In this document: positions 54,185 to 56,215 of the stretch, in pieces | How positions within the stretch are numbered: position 1 is the stretch's first letter | Layout: every line of letters starts with the position of its first letter | Origin: Acutalibacteraceae bacterium | GTDB taxonomy: Bacteria > Bacillota > Clostridia > Oscillospirales > Acutalibacteraceae | Length of the DNA: 56,215 bases | Assembly (NCBI GenBank): GCA_045531495.1 | Contig: JAZSED010000038.1 | Coordinates: forward strand, 1-56,215 | Reading direction: 5' to 3' | Position numbers and translations under genes: made by a program | The notes under the pieces: generated by a model | Databases searched by the model: none | The model's input: only the letters and a program-made list of their open reading frames with translations | What the model was told of the DNA's origin: nothing

Positions 54185-55936
54185 ATGGATATTTTTAATG
54201 TACTTTCCCTGTTGGGCGGCCTTGGCTTTTTCCTGTTTGGTATGCACGTGCTGTCCGAAGGGCTGGAAAAAACGGCAGGCGGTAAAATGCAGAGCATTTT
54301 ACAGAAAATCACCGGCAACCGTGTAAAAGGTCTTGCGGTGGGCGCCGTTGTCACCGCCGCTATTCAAAGCTCCTCTGCAGTAACCGTTATGCTGGTGGGT
54401 CTTGTAAACTCGGGAATTATGAGCCTGAGACAAGCTATCAGTGTGACAATGGGCTCCAACATCGGCACCACGATGACCGCGTGGATTTTGTCGCTGACGG
54501 GCATCTCCTCGGATAATATTTTTATGTCCTTGTTAAAACCCGCGAACTTTTCCACCATTATCGCTTTTATCGGCGCGTTGCTTTTGATGTTCTCCAAAAA
54601 GGACAGCCGTAAAAATGTGGGTATGATTTGTGTGGGCTTTGCGGTTTTGATGTTCGGTATGAACAATATGTCGAGCGCCGTAAAACCGCTGGCGGATATG
54701 CCGCAGTTTGTGAGTATCCTCACCGCATTTAAGAACCCCATTCTCGGCGTGCTGGCAGGCGCCTTGTTTACCGCCGCTGTCCAGAGCTCTTCCGCGTCGG
54801 TCGGCGTGCTGCAGGCGTTGTCCCTGACGGGTGCCGTCACATACAGCAGCGCTATCCCGATTATTATGGGTCAGAATATCGGCACCTGTATCTCCGCTTT
54901 GATGGCGGTGCCGGGCACCAACAAAAACGCAAAACGCGTTGCGGTGGTACACGTGCTGTTTAACTCTATCGGTTCGATTGTGTGGCTTGCGATATGGAGC
55001 ATCGCCAATGCTTTTGCGGATTTCGCTTTTGCGGAAAGCGCCATTGACCCTGCAGGCATCGCGGTGGTACACTCGGTGTTTAATATCGCCACCACCGTTA
55101 TGCTGTTCCCTGCGGCAGGCTTGCTGGAGAAGCTGTCCCGTATGGTAGTCAAAGGGGAAGACGAAAACGCGTTGCCCAAGGTGGTTATGGACGAGCTGTT
55201 GATGACCGTGCCCGCTGTTGCGGCGGCACACGCGTATGACACCACCAAAGCGATGGCAGCGGTTGCCGAGCAAACGGTGGGAGAAGCAGTAGGTCTGTTA
55301 TTTGACGGCTATGATACCGCCGCCGCCGAAGCGGTGTTGCGTCACGAAAAGACGCTGGATATGTACGAAGATACGCTGGGCACCTATCTTGTAAAGCTCT
55401 CCCGTTGTAATTTGAGTGATGCGGATGCGCAGACCGCCGCGATGCTGCTGCACACCATCAGCGACTTTGAGCGCATTGGTGACCACGCTAACAATATCGC
55501 GCAAACCGCCGCGGAAATGAAAACCAAAAAAATCGAATTTTCTGCCGAGGCGTTTGCGGAATTGCGTATCATGACCGCGGCGGTCACCCGTATTTTGCAT
55601 AATACGGTGGCGGCGTTTACCGAAAACAATCTTTCTGCCGCGGCGGATATTGAACCGCTTGAGCAGGTCATTGACAACCTTATCGATACGGTGCGCACCC
55701 GTCACATTGTGCGCCTGCAGGAAGGAAACTGTACCATTGAGCTCGGGTTTGTGCTCACCGACTTCCTCACCGACTGCGAACGCATCTCCGACCATTGCTC
55801 CAATGTCGGTGTGGCATTACTCGAAACAGCAGAGGGCACCTTTGATACCCACGAGCGTTTGCGTACCATCAAAGACAAAAGCAGCGAAGACTATCGACAG
55901 ACCTTTGCACGGTATACGGCAGAATTTGCGCTGTAA
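54185..55936 (+). CDS. Na/Pi cotransporter family protein with C-terminal PhoU-like repeats
   Basis: GLGFFLFGMHVLSEGL and AIQSSSAVTVMLV are repeated as AVQSSSASVGVL. The soluble C-terminus carries two ERIGDHANNI / ERISDHCSNV PhoU motifs. Confidence 0.85.
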   Translation: MDIFNVLSLLGGLGFFLFGMHVLSEGLEKTAGGKMQSILQKITGNRVKGLAVGAVVTAAIQSSSAVTVMLVGLVNSGIMSLRQAISVTMGSNIGTTMTAWILSLTGISSDNIFMSLLKPANFSTIIAFIGALLLMFSKKDSRKNVGMICVGFAVLMFGMNNMSSAVKPLADMPQFVSILTAFKNPILGVLAGALFTAAVQSSSASVGVLQALSLTGAVTYSSAIPIIMGQNIGTCISALMAVPGTNKNAKRVAVVHVLFNSIGSIVWLAIWSIANAFADFAFAESAIDPAGIAVVHSVFNIATTVMLFPAAGLLEKLSRMVVKGEDENALPKVVMDELLMTVPAVAAAHAYDTTKAMAAVAEQTVGEAVGLLFDGYDTAAAEAVLRHEKTLDMYEDTLGTYLVKLSRCNLSDADAQTAAMLLHTISDFERIGDHANNIAQTAAEMKTKKIEFSAEAFAELRIMTAAVTRILHNTVAAFTENNLSAAADIEPLEQVIDNLIDTVRTRHIVRLQEGNCTIELGFVLTDFLTDCERISDHCSNVGVALLETAEGTFDTHERLRTIKDKSSEDYRQTFARYTAEFAL

Positions 55937-55961
55937 ATAAAAACACCCCTATGTAGGTTAT

Positions 55962-56027
55962 GGTTAGGGATTAAAAAGGCTTCTCCTTGAGGAGAAGCTG
56001 GCGAGCAAAGCGAGCCTGATGAGGTGT
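55962..56027 (+). repeat. Hairpin-tail repeat (inverted copy of 597-665)
   Basis: GGTTAGGGATTAAAAAGG + GCTTCTCC-TTGA-GGAGAAGC + tail TGGCGAGCAAAGCGAGCCTGATGAGGTGT. Confidence 0.85.
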
Positions 56028-56097
56028 CAAACGCCTTTTTTCACCTCATCCGTCTTTCAGCGCGCAAAACTTGCACCTGAAAACGGGTTGGGTGCGC

Positions 56098-56143
56098 CTT
56101 CTTGCAACGCAAGAAGCGACGGAGTAGCGCATTGCGCTACTCC
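56098..56143. repeat. Two further short hairpins in the spacer of the convergent repeat pair
   Basis: CTTCTTGC-AAC-GCAAGAAG (56098-56116) and GGAGTAGCGC-ATT-GCGCTACTCC (56121-56143). Confidence 0.5.
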
Positions 56144-56145
56144 AA

Positions 56146-56215
56146 CTACCCCTCAGTCTCGCTCCGCTCGCCAGCTCCCCTGACAAGGGGAGCTGAGGAT
56201 TTTCGCGACTTTTGC
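56146..56215 (-). repeat. Hairpin-tail repeat (direct copy of 47841-47911), truncated by the window end
   Basis: CTACCCCTCAGTCTCGCTCCGCTCGCCAGC is the reverse complement of a TGGCGAGCGGAGCGAGACTGAGGGGTAG tail. GCTCCCC-TGACAA-GGGGAGC and GAGGATTTTCGCGACTTTTG follow. Confidence 0.85.

Noticed and set aside
412-56215. Whether the recurring hairpin repeats could be a CRISPR array.
   Set aside because: The copies are dispersed over the window in both orientations. They lack regular repeat-spacer periodicity and have no adjacent cas genes. Their sequences are mosaic rather than identical.

Overview
This window is the chromosomal replication-origin region of a Firmicutes/Clostridia-type, spore-forming genome; that taxonomic call is inferred from gene content and synteny only. 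The conserved core is rpmH-rnpA-yidD-yidC-jag on the + strand, diverging from dnaA-[oriC DnaA-box cluster]-dnaN-yaaA-recF-remB-gyrB-(two YcxB-like genes)-gyrA on the - strand. The usual partners mnmG-rsmG-noc are not downstream of jag. They lie downstream of gyrA, and mnmE, parA and parB are absent from the window. The left half is a cell-envelope block: rubrerythrin, orphan spoVAE, a GH-A hydrolase, GtrB/GtrA-like genes, cysK, a CofE-like gene paired with a GATase-less GMP synthase, ddl-murF, and a 1405-aa repeats-only cell-wall-binding protein. It also holds a ~10-kb glycan locus (GT2s, Wzx, Ugd, an acyltransferase and two inverted Wzy/O-antigen-ligase paralogs) and a stand-alone EF-G2 paralog. 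The right end carries a PhoPR-like two-component system, an NSS transporter, two unknown membrane proteins with a membrane-anchored M20 peptidase, and a Na/Pi cotransporter. The main structure not explained by genes is a dispersed mosaic family of short GC-rich hairpin-plus-tail intergenic repeats, usually arranged as convergent tail-to-tail pairs. In one case (30192-30651) such a pair, with perfect 29-bp inverted arms, brackets a low-GC DUF559 (Vsr-like nuclease) gene inserted between mnmG and rsmG. This REPtron-like geometry is my best candidate for something undescribed. All calls come from reading the sequence and ORF translations by eye. No database search, folding or statistics were run, and identity and GC figures are hand counts or eyeball estimates.
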